Below are positions 11,801 to 25,500 of a stretch of DNA of 64,000 nt, in pieces. Origin of the DNA: Eledone cirrhosa (taxonomy: Eukaryota); contig OZ024754.1 in assembly GCA_964016885.1 (NCBI GenBank), positions 16,802,001-16,866,000 on the forward strand, in the 5' to 3' direction. The notes beneath the pieces were generated by a model. That model saw nothing but the letters and a program-made list of their open reading frames with translations, was not told the origin of the DNA and did not search any database. The stretch's first letter is position 1. Every line of letters starts with the position of its first letter. The position numbers and the translations under genes are program-made.

Positions 11801-12232
11801 TATAAATATATATAAATATATATATATCTATGGAGTTTCTGTGTCCTTCTTTTCTCTTTCTTCCTTCTCAGCAATATGTCATTTATCATGATCTGTTGCT
11901 TCTCATTCTATTTATAACAATACAATCACTTTGAAATATAGAGAACTGCACAAATGTTCATTGATAACATTTTTCTAATAGTTCCACTGATAACATTTTT
12001 CCAATAGTCTCACTGATTTCATCATTTCCCTACAATTTCTACCTCTTTCAATTGTATCAGTCTTTTCTTTACTATGTTTTTCCTTTCATTGTCTTTCACT
12101 TTTTATCTTTCTATGGATACCTCTATTGAAAACTATTTATTTTTAGAATTATGCCTTATATTTCAAACCCACACACGCGTGTGTGTAATATAACTCATGC
12201 TAGCATGGAAAATTTGATGTTAAACAGTGATG

Positions 12233-12301
<69 letters not shown>

Positions 12302-12344
12302 AGTGTGTGTGTGTGTATGTATGTATATATATATATATATATAT

Positions 12345-12890
12345 ATAAAATATTAAAAAAATAATGAATAAAACAATGAAACAGTTCCTTATATTAAACA
12401 AAAAAAGTTCATTATTTAACGATCGTTTCTAGGACATATATGTGTTAGAATTGGCATGCATATTCAACAGATCTATGTACAAAATTATACAAAATTATAC
12501 AAAATTATACAAACTATCAAATTTAATATACATACCAACACATATATATGCCGTCTTCACGGCATATATATGTGTTGGTATGTATATTAAATTTGATAGT
12601 TTGTATAATTTTGTATAATTTTGTACATAGATCTGTTGAATATGCATGCCAATTCTAACACATATATGTCCTAGAAACGATCGTTAAATAATGAACTTTT
12701 TTTGTTTAATATAAGGAACTGTTTCATTGTTTTATTCATTATTTTTTTAATATTTTATCTTGACTCTGTGTTCCGTTTATCTTTCACCGAAAGTGATTTT
12801 TGAATGCATCTCTTCTTTCCATGATATCCGGATTACATTGAGTTCTTCATACGGATTGGACACTACCGTAAACTCTTGGTAGATTTATCT
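12345..12890. mobile_element. Foldback (palindromic) element plus unique tail, in (TA)n
   Basis: Arms 12345-12554 and 12559-12758 are reverse complements apart from one 10-bp unit indel, with a 4-nt loop (cttc). A ~130-nt tail ends atctac before (AT)n. Confidence 0.85.
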
Positions 12891-13201
12891 ACATATATAT
12901 ATATGTGAATGTGTGTGTGTATATATGTATGTATATATATATATATATATATAAATATATATTTGTGTGAATGTGTGTGTGTATATATATTTGTGTGAAT
13001 GTGTGTGTGTATATATATTTGTATGAATGTGTGTGTGTATATATCTATGTATATATATATATATTTGCGTGAATGTGTGTGTATATATATATGTATGTAT
13101 ATATATATATATTTGTATGAATGTGTGTATATATGTATATATATATTTGCGTGAATGTGTGTGTATATATATATATGTATATATATATATATTTGCGTGA
13201 A

Positions 13202-13236
<35 letters not shown>

Positions 13237-13245
13237 TTGTGTGAA

Positions 13246-13298
<53 letters not shown>

Positions 13299-13391
13299 AT
13301 GAATGTGTGTATGAATATATATATATATATATATATTTGTATGAATGTGTATATATATATATATATTTGTATGAATTTGTGCGTGTGTATA

Positions 13392-13438
<47 letters not shown>

Positions 13439-13459
13439 ATGAATTTGTGCGTGTGTATA

Positions 13460-13496
<37 letters not shown>

Positions 13497-13517
13497 ATGA
13501 ATTTGTGTGTGTGTATA

Positions 13518-13562
<45 letters not shown>

Positions 13563-13605
13563 GTGAATGTGTGTATATATACATAGGTGTGTGTTTGTAT
13601 ATGTG
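12891..13605. repeat. Compound (TA)n/(TG)n micro-minisatellite
   Basis: Repeating tttgt(g/a)tgaat(g/t)tgtgtgt(at)n blocks. Confidence 0.95.
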
Positions 13606-14311
13606 CACAAGTATGATATAACTATCATGAGAATTATTTATGGGTAGGTGAATTTGGTTATGTCAACAAAGGTAGATTATCTTCAAAAGATGAACCACCA
13701 TTTCTGCAGACTCACAAAAGCATTAACTCTAAATGTAAATTTTGCATATAGAAAAAAATCTTCAGTTTCATCACTAAAAACTGATAGATAAAAAATTTAC
13801 TTTAGTTTACTCATATCAAATTTATCTTTTCGTTTTGTATATAGAAATGTTGATTTCCATTATAATCTGCAAATGAAGTGTTTAACCCTTTAATACCAAA
13901 CTACATGGAACTGCCACTGGTTTAATGATACAAAATTGTTTATCATCATTACTTATCACCTGTCTTTCCTGCTAGCAAAAGTTGGATGGGTTGTCACAAA
14001 GCAAGTCAGTAGTCAATCAGAGCTACTGCTAAAAAAACATTCCATCATAATTTCATGTAAGAACCTTTGTTAGGTTATGTTCCAAACATCAGCTTACCCC
14101 TTTTGATACCAAACTGCCTGAAACTGCCACAGTTCCAATGTATTTGTTTATCTAAAAACTTTTCATCATAATTTTATGTAAGAACCTTTATTAGGTTATG
14201 TTCCAAACATCAGCTTAAAGTTTTTGATATCAAATGGCATAAACGTGGCCCAGGTCTTATGATACAAAATTGTATATCATTATAATTTTTTGAGTTATGT
14301 TCCAAAAATCA

Positions 14312-14470
14312 TCATTATCGTTTAACGTCCATTTTCGACACTTGCATAAGTTAGACAGGTTGTCACATTATGAGACAGTTCGGGTCCAGAGACCACGTCT
14401 TGCTCATATGGATCTGTATTTTGGGTTGGTTTCTATGGCTGGATGCCCTTCCTAACACCAACCACGTTAC
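14312..14470 (-). mobile_element. Degenerate SINE/RTE 3' tail
   Basis: tttctatggctggatgcccttcctaacaccaacc and tttaacgtcc...cttgcat match the reverse complement of the RTE/SINE-A tail. Confidence 0.7.
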
Positions 14471-15428
14471 AAATTAATAATGAAGAAGTTATATTACAAA
14501 ATCCTTCTCAATTCTTTGAAAATCCTAGACATGGTAACGAAAGGTTTAAGTATTTATCACATAGCTGCCTCTGGAGGCTGAATATATATTGATTACACTT
14601 CATCAATAATATTGCTTCAAGAAATTAATCATTCGATTTTCAGTGAAGTTTTACTATTTGAGAATTAAGTGTGAATATTTCTGCATATGGCAGTTAATAG
14701 CCTGGAGATGTAATATTTAATAAGTAATATATATTTTTTGAAGAAAGATAATTTACCTAAAGTTTAAAAGGTCTTGCAGTTTTGACATCAGAGAGGTTAA
14801 CTGCTCTTCATACATCAATTAATGTTTCAAAAGGCAATCAATAAACGTTTTTAGTTATTGCTGCTTCCGATAATATAAAAACTCCCCATCCTATAAATCA
14901 ATGGTGTTTGTTGAAAAGAATAATCTATCATTGATATTGAGAAAAGAAGTGAAGATATTATACAACTTTAAATATGTTGCTTCACTGTCTTGTTTGGCTA
15001 TTTTGCTTTATCATGCCCAGGGGCATATTGGAGTGTTGTTGTTATTTGAGTAATTGATAATATATTGAGAATGTTCCTAAATTGCTGTGCCTGTGTAAAG
15101 AACATGATAACCATCTAGATTTGAAGATATTACATTCTGGCACATACAAAACTTCAGTGTAACATCATTAAATCAAATTGTTATTTAAATGTAGGATCTT
15201 CTTGAAAGAGTATCTTAGTTATAGCTTGATTCTAACTTATAACCCTCAAGGCATTGCACAGGAATGGCTGTATGGTTAAGAAATTTGTTTGACAATCACA
15301 CAGGATCTCTGTTTGTTCAGAGAGAGATAAATACATGGATATATATATATTTGAAAGTAAGGATTTTTAATATATCCCACATAGACAAAAATATAGGGAA
15401 AAAAGTTGAAAGAATTATATATATATAC

Positions 15429-15573
15429 ATAGGAAAAAGAAGTTGAAAATGCAATTGGAGTCTTTAACAAGGTTTATTTACAATAATTTATAACTTTACT
15501 TATATACGTTATAAATTATTGTAAATAAACCTTGTTAAAGACTCCAATTGCATTTTCAACTTCTTTTTCCTAT
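15429..15573. repeat. Perfect ~66-bp-arm inverted repeat in (TA)n
   Basis: 15429-15494 and 15508-15573 are reverse complements with a 13-nt spacer. The arm resembles the 3' end of the 11414-11800 element. Confidence 0.9.
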
Positions 15574-15619
15574 ATATATATATATATATATATATCTTCT
15601 AGTTGTCGTCATCTTCGTG

Positions 15620-15930
15620 GTGGGGGCAAGTCCTCAAACACTCCCTTCAGTGGGTCCTGTCAGAAGCAACCTTCTCTAACTGATCTTACTAGATTCCTAA
15701 GTGAGACCAGCCAAGCTCATAGATGTTATCCAACTATCTTGTTCAGGGTTACCTGCTGGTTGATTTTTGCCCTTAAAATCTGTCCAGTGATTCTTTCCTG
15801 AGACATTTTAACCACATGCCAAAAATATCGGAGCTGTGATCTCTCAATTCAGAGAAGTAGCGGCTCTGCTTGGAATGACTCTGATCTTTGAGTTACTCTA
15901 TCGAGTAACGTTACTCCAAAGACTCTTCTA
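15620..15930 (-). mobile_element. Old RTE LINE 3' remnant, same family as 8203-8445
   Basis: gtcctcaaacactccc, gggtcctgtcagaa, gaccagcc, gatgttatccaac and aaaatctgtccagtgattctttcc are reverse complements of segments in 8203-8430. Confidence 0.8.
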
Positions 15931-16818
15931 ACTCAATTGGTTAAATCAATAAATGTTCAATTATATTCCAATAGTTTGTCTTTATGATTTTCAATTTTTT
16001 AAATAATAATTTAGAAAAAACAAAAAATAAATTTCCATAATTCTTTTTTAAATTGTTTGAGAAGTTTTGGAACATTAAATTCTAGTCAACCAAAGATAAT
16101 TTTAAATACCCTACTTGACTTGCTGAAAAATAAACCTCCAGAATGCATTCATTACATATTTATTAATTCTACACATGTTTTATTTCTCTACCTAAAGTCT
16201 ATCTAATGAGCTATGTATTTTATCATTCACTAACATAGAGTTTCTTAAATCTTCTATTTTATTCTTCAGTTGACACAACATATAATCATAGCATAAAGCA
16301 TCTGCAGTCAGATTTAATAGGTTTATTTTAGTCAGATGTCATATGATTTTGTTTCTTTGTAATTAAAATGTTCTTAAAAACCTTCCAGTTATTTTTTTAC
16401 TCACATTTGGAAGAAGAGTAAAAACGAAAAATGTATATATATTTCTCTCCCCCCCCCCTCTCTCTTTTTTCAAATATTTATCTGCATAAACATGCTCACC
16501 TGAGCGTAAATATTTTAATAGCATTACAAAATTAACAATTAGTTTTGATTAATGGAAACATTTTTATTTTTAAATGGTGAAAAATGTGTAGGATATTGAA
16601 GGTGGTTAATGTTTTTGATCAAATTTTTGCTGAGGTTTTGTTATATTGTAATATATTATTTAATCAGAATCAGAAACATACAATTTATTTTCAGATTTTG
16701 GTTATTGATGGTTTATAATTTTTAGTATGTGATTAAGAAATTTAGAAAAATTGGATGCAAAAATGATTTTTGAAATTTTAAAACTGACACTTTATTATAA
16801 TAGACTGTATAGTTAAGA

Positions 16819-17006
16819 TAATTGTTTCTACTTTTGGCACAAGGCCAGCAATTACCCAGTGCGTTACTGGTACTTTATTTTATCGACCCCATAAGGATGA
16901 AAGGCAAAGTTAACCTCGGCGGGATTTGAACTCAGAATGGCAAGCATGTAACTCTATGCGTCAAAGCATGGCGTCCGACCCTCTACCGATACTGCCAATC
17001 CACCGC
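16819..17006 (-). mobile_element. SINE family B with TSD
   Basis: Full-length copy with ttaagataat on both sides. Confidence 0.9.
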
Positions 17007-17018
17007 TAATTAAGATAA

Positions 17019-17490
17019 TGAAGGCACATGTCTTAATGGTTAAGGTGTTTTACTTATTTTGAATTTGATACCCAGCTGTATGTTCTGTTCTGTTCTTGAG
17101 CAAGACACTTTATTTCATGGTGCTTCGGTCCACTCAACTGGAAAAAATGAGTTTTATAATTAACCCTTTAGTATTTACATTACTCTACTATTGTATTTTC
17201 ACATAATCTCGAGTCTACAAGATTTTGATAATGTTATTGTTTATTTTAAGAACGATATCTTAACGTTGGTGTGAGCTGCTGGTTATGGCCGGTTTCAAAA
17301 GGGGGAAAGAATTCTGGCCAGATACAGCCGGTTTAAATGCTAAAGGGTTAAAAAGGCCAGATTTGTGTCATGCTGAATCTCTCTGACAACTAGGTTAAAG
17401 GTACACATGTCTTTGGAATACACAACCACTTGTACATTTATTTTTAAAAGCAGTCCATTCCATTGTTTGAACTGGGATGCTCATTGTTGG
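17019..17490 (+). mobile_element. Old tRNA-SINE (family A-like head) interrupted by a MITE
   Basis: Degenerate head gaaggcacatgtcttaatggttaag...cttgagcaagacactttatttca. MITE inserted at 17160-17351. The 3' boundary is uncertain. Confidence 0.55.
17160..17351 (+). mobile_element. piggyBac-like MITE family 1
   Basis: TTAA|CCCTTTAG(T/C)ATTTA ... TAAATGCTAAAGGG|TTAA termini, ~190 bp. Confidence 0.85.
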
Positions 17491-18435
17491 GATGGAGTGT
17501 GGTCCAATACACACAGAGTTGAATTAGTGCACAAATCTTGTTGCCACCAGGTTATTGAATGTCTCAATCTAGCCACAACTACAAATGTTTATGATTTACT
17601 ATGCTTCAGCAGAGGTTGTATATTCTTCACCTTTATTTTCTGGTCTTGCTGTATCTAACTACCATTCGAATTTAAGCTGAAGGATATATAACCAAAACAT
17701 TGATGATAGATGGATGGTGGTTTATATTTGTGGTCAATATTTTGATGATTTTCCCTAACTTCAAATTCTATGTAAATAAGGTTTGGATTTTTGCCCATTT
17801 CTCAGACATAAAACAGCGGGGTTGGTTATATTCTGGTATATATGGTAATTCTATACATTGATGAAACTTAGTAACTAATCAGAAGAATTTATTAGCTAAG
17901 TTATACAGAACATTTGAAAGAAGATGGACCCTAAAAAGCAGGAGAAAATTTCATTGGTTATCAAATAAAAGTTTACATTTAATCCATGATCCAACCCAGT
18001 AGGACTCATCGAGAACCACTAAAATGGCTCAGGGTCGAAGTGCATCCGGTCATAGAAACTATACCAAAAATATGATAGGAGCAAGGCATCTTCTTTCAAC
18101 CCAATTTAGTCAGTAACTTGGACTAAGAGGTGGCTTGGACTGTTACAGATCTCCCCACCCCATTTCATGCTGGCATAGAAAGCTGAAGTAAAATGATAAT
18201 GGAGATGGTATATAAGATCAGTGAAAAACAAACAGTAAATGCTCTAAAATTTCAATGCTGTTTCAGGAGAATCAGTAGGAAAAAAAAAAATGAAGTTAAA
18301 ACACTGAAATGGAAATGTCAAAGGGATTTAGACATGTCAAATTTATTTTAAAAAATTATTTCTGAGTTAAAGTATGTTTCAACATGTAATTCATTTGAAA
18401 CCAGCAACCATCACACTTTTGAGATTTTATTCAGT

Positions 18436-18596
18436 TTAACACTTTCGATACCAACCCATCAGAGACTGCTTTTGATTCTATGATATAAAAACGTCCATTT
18501 TAAATTACCCCTTCTCCCCATCCACATTTTTATGTAATAACCTTTTGTTATCTACTCAATACTAAAGTTTCAGATGGTTTGGTATCAAAAGGGTTA
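18436..18596. mobile_element. Older TTAA-type MITE family 2 (further degenerate pieces near 6540-6646, 13882-14550, 20255-20713, 39690-40290, 45175-45460, 60899)
   Basis: ttaacactttcgatacca...tggtatcaaaagggtta termini. The other pieces share recurring internal motifs (aaaaccttccatcataatttta, ttccaaacatcagcttaa). Confidence 0.55.
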
Positions 18597-18859
18597 CTAC
18601 TACCATCACATGACCCTAAACATTCAGCCTAGGTTTTCTACCTGAAAATACTTCTCCACATTCCATCAGTCTTGGAGGCTAAAACAATGTCATAGGCACT
18701 ACTATTTCCTTTCTCACCAAATGCCATTGAACAGCGAAAAGGAAATGTAGAGAGAGACACGCACACACTCACATGTACACATCTATACATGCACACTCAC
18801 ATGCTCCTCCCACATGTACATACACATACAGAGATAAACATACATGCACTCACCATGCT

Positions 18860-18876
18860 TGCATACAAACACACAT

Positions 18877-18932
<56 letters not shown>
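18860..18932. repeat. (CA)n microsatellite
   Basis: Direct inspection. Confidence 0.95.
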
Positions 18933-18934
<2 letters not shown>

Positions 18935-19435
18935 AGAAAACAGAAATATATATTTATTAGATGACCTCCTATACATATTCACTCAGAAAACATTACCTGC
19001 CTGCCATCACAAATATTTCCCATGTACGTAGAATTCTTTATCTGATGTCAACAAATTCACTTTATCACTAGCGAAAGCACTCCTCTAAAGATTTCTGTTT
19101 ATGTAATTATGTGACTAGCTTTTTACTTGATTATTTTTATGTCTGCTGCGTGTTTTTCTGGCTTATGCTTTTTACTCATTTTTAGTTAACCTTGTTATCT
19201 TAGTTATAGGTAAACTGTACTTGTTTGAGAAAATATCACATGAATACACGATCAATACATGAAGCTGAGTGAAACGATACCACGGGGAGTTGCTTGAAAT
19301 GAAGCAATTTAATGCAAGACCCACCTCCATCATTATTTATTTTACACATTATCATCTTCATCATACGTCTGCTTTTCTATGTTTGCATTGGTTGAACAGG
19401 TCTTTTCCAACAAGACCCACCCTCCACCATTATTT

Positions 19436-19489
19436 GACACACACACACACCACACACACAACACGCACCACGCACCACACACCACCCAC

Positions 19490-19570
<81 letters not shown>

Positions 19571-19576
19571 ACCCAC

Positions 19577-19607
<31 letters not shown>

Positions 19608-19608
19608 C
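19436..19608. repeat. Compound (CA)n/(CAC)n microsatellite
   Basis: Direct inspection. Flanked by short diverged direct repeats (ggttgaacag..tcttccaacaa). Confidence 0.9.
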
Positions 19609-20855
19609 TCCTCCTCCTCCTGTTGGATAGGACCTTTACAACAAGCACCACCATTATTTGGCACATACACACACCATCATCATCATTCTATGTTTGAATA
19701 GGTTGAACAGATTCTTTCTTCCAACAAAACCTCCCTCCACTTGCAGTCCCTTCAGCATCTCCTTTGTGAGGTTCAGCCTTTTTTTTTTAAATTTTTAAAT
19801 CAGCTCTCATAACCACACCGCACCGCTGTCCATGTTTTTCTCAGTGTTGCTCTACAACAGCTTCCTTCCACTGGTATTTCACCTCATCACTTCATCCCCC
19901 AAACTAGAGAGACATGATATGATGGTACTTAATTACAAATAATGAATACAGCCACTTTAAGATAATAATAAATGATCTGGTTGGTGTGAAAAGCAACCAA
20001 TTCTGAAGATCATAATAGACATTATGGTTGGTGTCAAAAGCAACCATTTTGACATCATAATGTATGTTCTTTTAGATCTTTCATTTACACAGAAAGTAAG
20101 ACTAAACAGCTAAATAATGAATGACCTACTAGAAAAGTATAAACCTATACAATCGCATGGGAAATGTTGTCATGTAATTCTATATAGATTTTCAGTTTAA
20201 TGTATACAATTATTTGTATGGGATTCTATATTATGTATTTAATAATATACTTTATTAACTCTTTCGTTACCATATTTCTAATACAAGATATTCTTTTTAG
20301 TTTTCAAATCATTTTGAAAATAGAAATTTGGAAGGATTTAGATTTAATAACTAATTTTCTCATTACTAAACTGGTGTTTGGAACATAACTTAATAAAGGT
20401 TCTGACATAAAACTATGATGGAAAGGTTTTATATAAATATAAACACTTTAAAATTAATGGCTTTGTATCATAGAATCAGGGTGGGACATATTCTAAATTG
20501 TACCCTTTTCATGTCCAATCTTCTGAAACTGCCCCTGGCTGCTACAAAACTGTTTATTTTAAATTGTTAATATTTATCTAGAAACCTTCTATCATAATTT
20601 TATGTAAGAACACCAGGTTAATAATGAGAAAGTTAGTTATATTACTAAATCTCTACAAATTCTTCATTTTCAAAATAGTGTTTTTCATTAGAAGTATAGT
20701 AATGAAAGGGTTAAAACGTAGATTTTATCTCAAGAATGTTGTTGATCATATCCAACACAGAACTTAATTTCTTATAAGTCTTGGGCTGATGGGATATAAA
20801 TAAATAGCACAAGTTATGCAATGTAGATATAACACCCTGTCACATATATAAATAT

Positions 20856-21008
20856 GGCAGGCTTTTGCATAGATTCTGTCCAACAAATTTCAACCACAAG
20901 ATATTGATAAACTAAAAGCTACAGTAGAAGACACTTGTCCAAGGTGCCAAGTAGTGAGATTAAACCCAAAACCTCTTGGTTGTGAAGCAAACTTCTTAAC
21001 CACACAAC
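20856..21008 (-). mobile_element. Old tRNA-SINE fragment (third family)
   Basis: Minus strand reads tgtgtggttaagaagtttgcttcacaacc...gggtttaatctcact...ggcaccttggacaagtgtcttctac, a tRNA-like head with a core. A similar head fragment lies at ~15262-15300. Confidence 0.6.
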
Positions 21009-21765
21009 TGTCTTCAATAAACCAGATTAATCCAAATTTAATATATTCTATAGTCTATATAAGATTCCAAATTTCATAGGGGAAAAAAAAAAAGTTTTTT
21101 CATAAAACCAATATATATTCTGATGTTGATTCTAAATTAAATTTTCTTTGAACTTAGATATATAATTTGGCATTCAAATATTTGTAGAGTTTATTTTCAA
21201 GTGTTTATGTTTCTCCCATTTCTCAAAATAATTTAGCTGACACAAATGTTAAATAGGAATTTGATAATGTTTCTTCCTCCAGCACTTGCTTTTGAAATGT
21301 TGAAACAAGGAATTTAGATGTTAAAACTTTAGAGTATAGATCTAAGAGGAATTGGTACAAAATATGTGCTGTAAGTTTTGAATAATTTTGATTGTTTTTT
21401 TTTTCTATTATTTTAAAAATTAATTAAAACGCTTACCATATAAGTCAAGGAATACGTGAGGGTCAACTTATATTCGAGTTGGCTTATATTCGAGAATATA
21501 TGGTATATTTCATTTGAATTATGGTAACAAATGAGTTAAGCTGCTGCTATTTAGATTGAGATTTCTTTGATAAATGTATCTTAGTTTTCATGAATTAAAT
21601 TGAGATGCAGTAAAACTGTTACTGACCAAGTCACAAACAGTGTTACAGAAATTTTGACACCAAAAAATGTATGATAAATGTGAAAAGAATTAATATTTTT
21701 GTGTGACTTTTGAATGGTTAAAATGACTCTTCTATGATGTATTTGCTTTAGCTTCTACACAGTAA

Positions 21766-22578
21766 TCTCAGATCAAGTCACTTGCCAGAACACACAGTCT
21801 CAGATCAAGTCACTTGCCAGAACACACAGTCTCAGATCAAATCACTTGCCAGAACAAACAGTCTCAGATCAAGTCACTTGCCAGAACACACAGGCTCAGA
21901 TCATGTCACTTGCCAGAACACACAGTCTCAGATCAAGTCACTTGCCAGAACACACAGTCTCAGATCAAGTCACTTGCCAGAACACACAGTCTCAGATCAA
22001 GTCACTTGCCAGAACACACAGTCTCAGATCAAGTCACTTGCCAGAACACACAGTCTCAGATCAAGTCACTTGCCAGAACACACAGGCTCAGATCATGTCA
22101 CTTGCCAGAACACACAGTCTCAGATCAAGTCACTTGCCAGAACACACAGTCTCAGATCAAGTCACTTGCCAGAACACACAGTCTCAGATCAAGTCACTTG
22201 CCAGAACACACAGTCTCAGATCAAGTCACTTGCCAGAACACACAGTCTCAGATCAAGTCACTTGCCAGAACACACAGGCTCAGATCATGTCACTTGCCAG
22301 AACACACAGTCTCAGATCAAGTCACTTGCCAGAACACACAGTCTCATATCAAGTCACTTGCCAGAACACACAGTCTCAGATCAAGTCACTTGCCAGAACA
22401 CACAGGCTCAGATCATGTCACTTGCCAGAACACACAGTCTCAGATCAAGTCACTTGCCAGAACACACAGTCTCAGATCAAGTCACTTGCCAGAACACACA
22501 GGCTCAGATCATGTCACTTGCCAGAACACACAGTCTCAGATCAAGTCACTTGCCAGAACACACAGTCTCAGATCAAGT
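21766..22578. repeat. 32-bp tandem minisatellite (~25 copies)
   Basis: Unit gtctcagatcaagtcacttgccagaacacaca, with a periodic variant ggctcagatcatg. Confidence 0.97.
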
Positions 22579-25500
22579 AATTTGTCAGACATGTAAAACA
22601 ATGGCTAAAACAACACTTCCACAGTGTAATTGCTTTAGTTTCAACACTGTCAGATCAAGTCATTTGTCAGACATGTACAACTATGGCTAAAACAACACTT
22701 CCACAGTGTAATTGCTTTAGTTTCAACACTGTCAGATCAAGTCATTTGTCAGACATGTACAACTATGGCTAAAACAACACTTCCACAGTGTAATTGCTTT
22801 AGTTTCAACACTGTCAGATCAAGTCATTTGTCAGACATGTACAACTATGGCTAAAACAACACTTCCACAGTGTAATTGCTTTAGTTTCAACACTGTCAGA
22901 TCAAGTCATTTGTCAGACATGTACAACTATGGCTAAAACAACACTTCCACAGTGTAATTGCTTTAGTTTCAACACTGTCAGATCAAGTCATTTGTCAGAC
23001 ATGTAAAACAATGGCTAAAACAACTCTTCCACAGTGTAATTGCTTTAGTTTCAACACTGTCAGATCAAGTCATTTGTCAGACATGTACAACTATGGCTAA
23101 AACAACACTTCCACAGTGTAATTGCTTTAGTTTCAACACTGTCAGATCAAGTCATTTGTCAGACATGTACAACTATGGCTAAAACAACACTTCCACAGTG
23201 TAATTGCTTTAGTTTCAACACTGTCAGATCAAGTCATTTGTCAGACATGTAAAACAATGGCTAAAACAACACTTCCACAGTGTAATTGCTTTAGTTTCAA
23301 CACTGTCAGATCAAGTCATTTGTCAGACATGTACAACTATGGCTAAAACAACACTTCCACAGTGTAATTGCTTTAGTTTCAACACTCTCAGATCAAGTAA
23401 TTTGTCAGACATGTAAAACAATGGCTAAAACAACACTTCCACAGTGTAATTGCTTTAGTTTCAACACTGTCAGATCAAGTCATTTGTCAGACATGTAAAA
23501 CAATGGCTAAAACAACACTTCCACAGTGTAATTGCTTTAGTTTCAACACTGTCAGATCAAGTCATTTGTCAGACATGTAAAACAATGGCTAAAACAACAC
23601 TTCCACAGTGTAATTGCTTTAGTTTGAACACTGTCAGATCAAGTCATTTGTCAGACATGTACAACTATGGCTAAAACAGCACTTCCACAGTGTAATTGCT
23701 TTAGTTTCAACACTGTCAGATCAAGTCATTTGTCAGACATGTAAAACAATGGCTAAAACAACACTTCCACAGTGTAATTGCTTTAGTTTCAACACTCTCA
23801 GATCAAGTAATTTGTCAGACATGTAAAACAATGGCTAAAACAACACTTCCACAGTGTAATTGCTTTAGTTTCAACACTGTCAGATCAAGTCATTTGTCAG
23901 ACATGTACAACTATGGCTAAAACAACACTTCCACAGTGTAATTGCTTTAGTTTCAACACTGTCAGATCAAGTCATTTGTCAGACATGTAAAACAATGGCT
24001 AAAACAACACTTCCACAGTGTAATTGCTTTAGTTTCAACACTGTCAGATCAAGTCATTTGTCAGACATGTAAAACAATGGCTAAAACAACTCTTCCACAG
24101 TGTAATTGCTTTAGTTTCAACACTGTCAGATCAAGTCATTTGTCAGACTTGTACAACAATGGCTAAAACAACACTTCCACAGTGTAATTGCTTTAGTTTC
24201 AACACTGTCAGATCAAGTCATTTGTCAGACATGTAAAACAATGGCTAAAACAACACTTCCACAGTGTAATTGCTTTAGTTTCAACACTGTCAGATCAAGT
24301 CATTTGTCAGACATGTACAACTATGGCTAAAACAACACTTCCACAGTGTAATTGCTTTAGTTTCAACACTGTCAGATCAAGTCATTTGTCAGACATGTAA
24401 AACAATGGCTAAAACAACACTTCCACAGTGTAATTGCTTTAGTTTGAACACTGTCAGATCAAGTCATTTGTCAGACATGTAAAACAATGGCTAAAACAAC
24501 ACTTTCACAGTGTAATTGCTTTAGTTTGAACACTGTCAGATCAAGTCATTTGTCAGACATGTACAACTATGGCTAAAACAACACTTCCATAGTGTAATTG
24601 CTTTAGTTTCAACACTGTCAGATCAAGTCATTTGTCAGACATGTAAAACAATGGCTAAAACAACACTTCCACAGTGTAATTGCTTTAGTTTGAACACTGT
24701 CAGATCAAGTCATTTGTCAGACATGTACAACTATGGCTAAAACAACACTTCCACAGTGTAATTGCTTTAGTTTCAACACTGTCAGATCAAGTCATTTGTC
24801 AGACATATAAAACAATGGCTAAAACAACACTTCCACAGTGTAATTGCTTTAGTTTGAACACTGTCAGATCAAGTCATTTGTCAGACATGTAAAACAATGG
24901 CTAAAACAACACTTCCACAGTGTAATTGCTTTAGTTTGAACACTGTCAGATCAAGTCATTTGTCAGACATGTACAACTATGGCTAAAACAACACTTCCAC
25001 AGTGTAATTGCTTTAGTTTCAACACTGTCAGATCAAGTCATTTGTCAGACATGTAAAACAATGGCTAAAACAACACTTCCACAGTGTAATTGCTTTAGTT
25101 TCAACACTGTCAGATCAAGTCATTTGTCAGACATGTACAACTATGGCTAAAACAACACTTCCACAGTGTAATTGCTTTAGTTTCAACACTGTCAGATCAA
25201 GTCATTTGTCAGACATGTACAACTATGGCTAAAACAACACTTCCACAGTGTAATTGCTTTAGTTTCAACACTGTCAGATCAAGTCATTTGTCAGACATGT
25301 AAAACAATGGCTAAAACAACTCTTCCACAGTGTAATTGCTTTAGTTTCAACACTGTCAGATCAAGTCATTTGTCAGACATGTACAACTATGGCGAAAACA
25401 ACACTTCCACAGTGTAATTGCTTTAGTTTCAACACTGTCAGATCAAGTCATTTGTCAGACATGTACAACTATGGCTAAAACAACACTTCCACAGTGTAAT

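Noticed and set aside
12885-13628. IYIY/HTHT ORFs (also at 18.8-19.7 kb and 47.5-48.2 kb)
   Set aside because: Dinucleotide microsatellite translations.
21430-21505. Possible pogo/Tigger-like terminal fragment (ttatattcgagaatatatggta)
   Set aside because: Too short and degenerate, with no convincing partner end, so it is not listed as a feature.
21782-22690. Long ORFs in three frames (244-302 aa)
   Set aside because: They are translations of a stop-free 32-bp tandem repeat.
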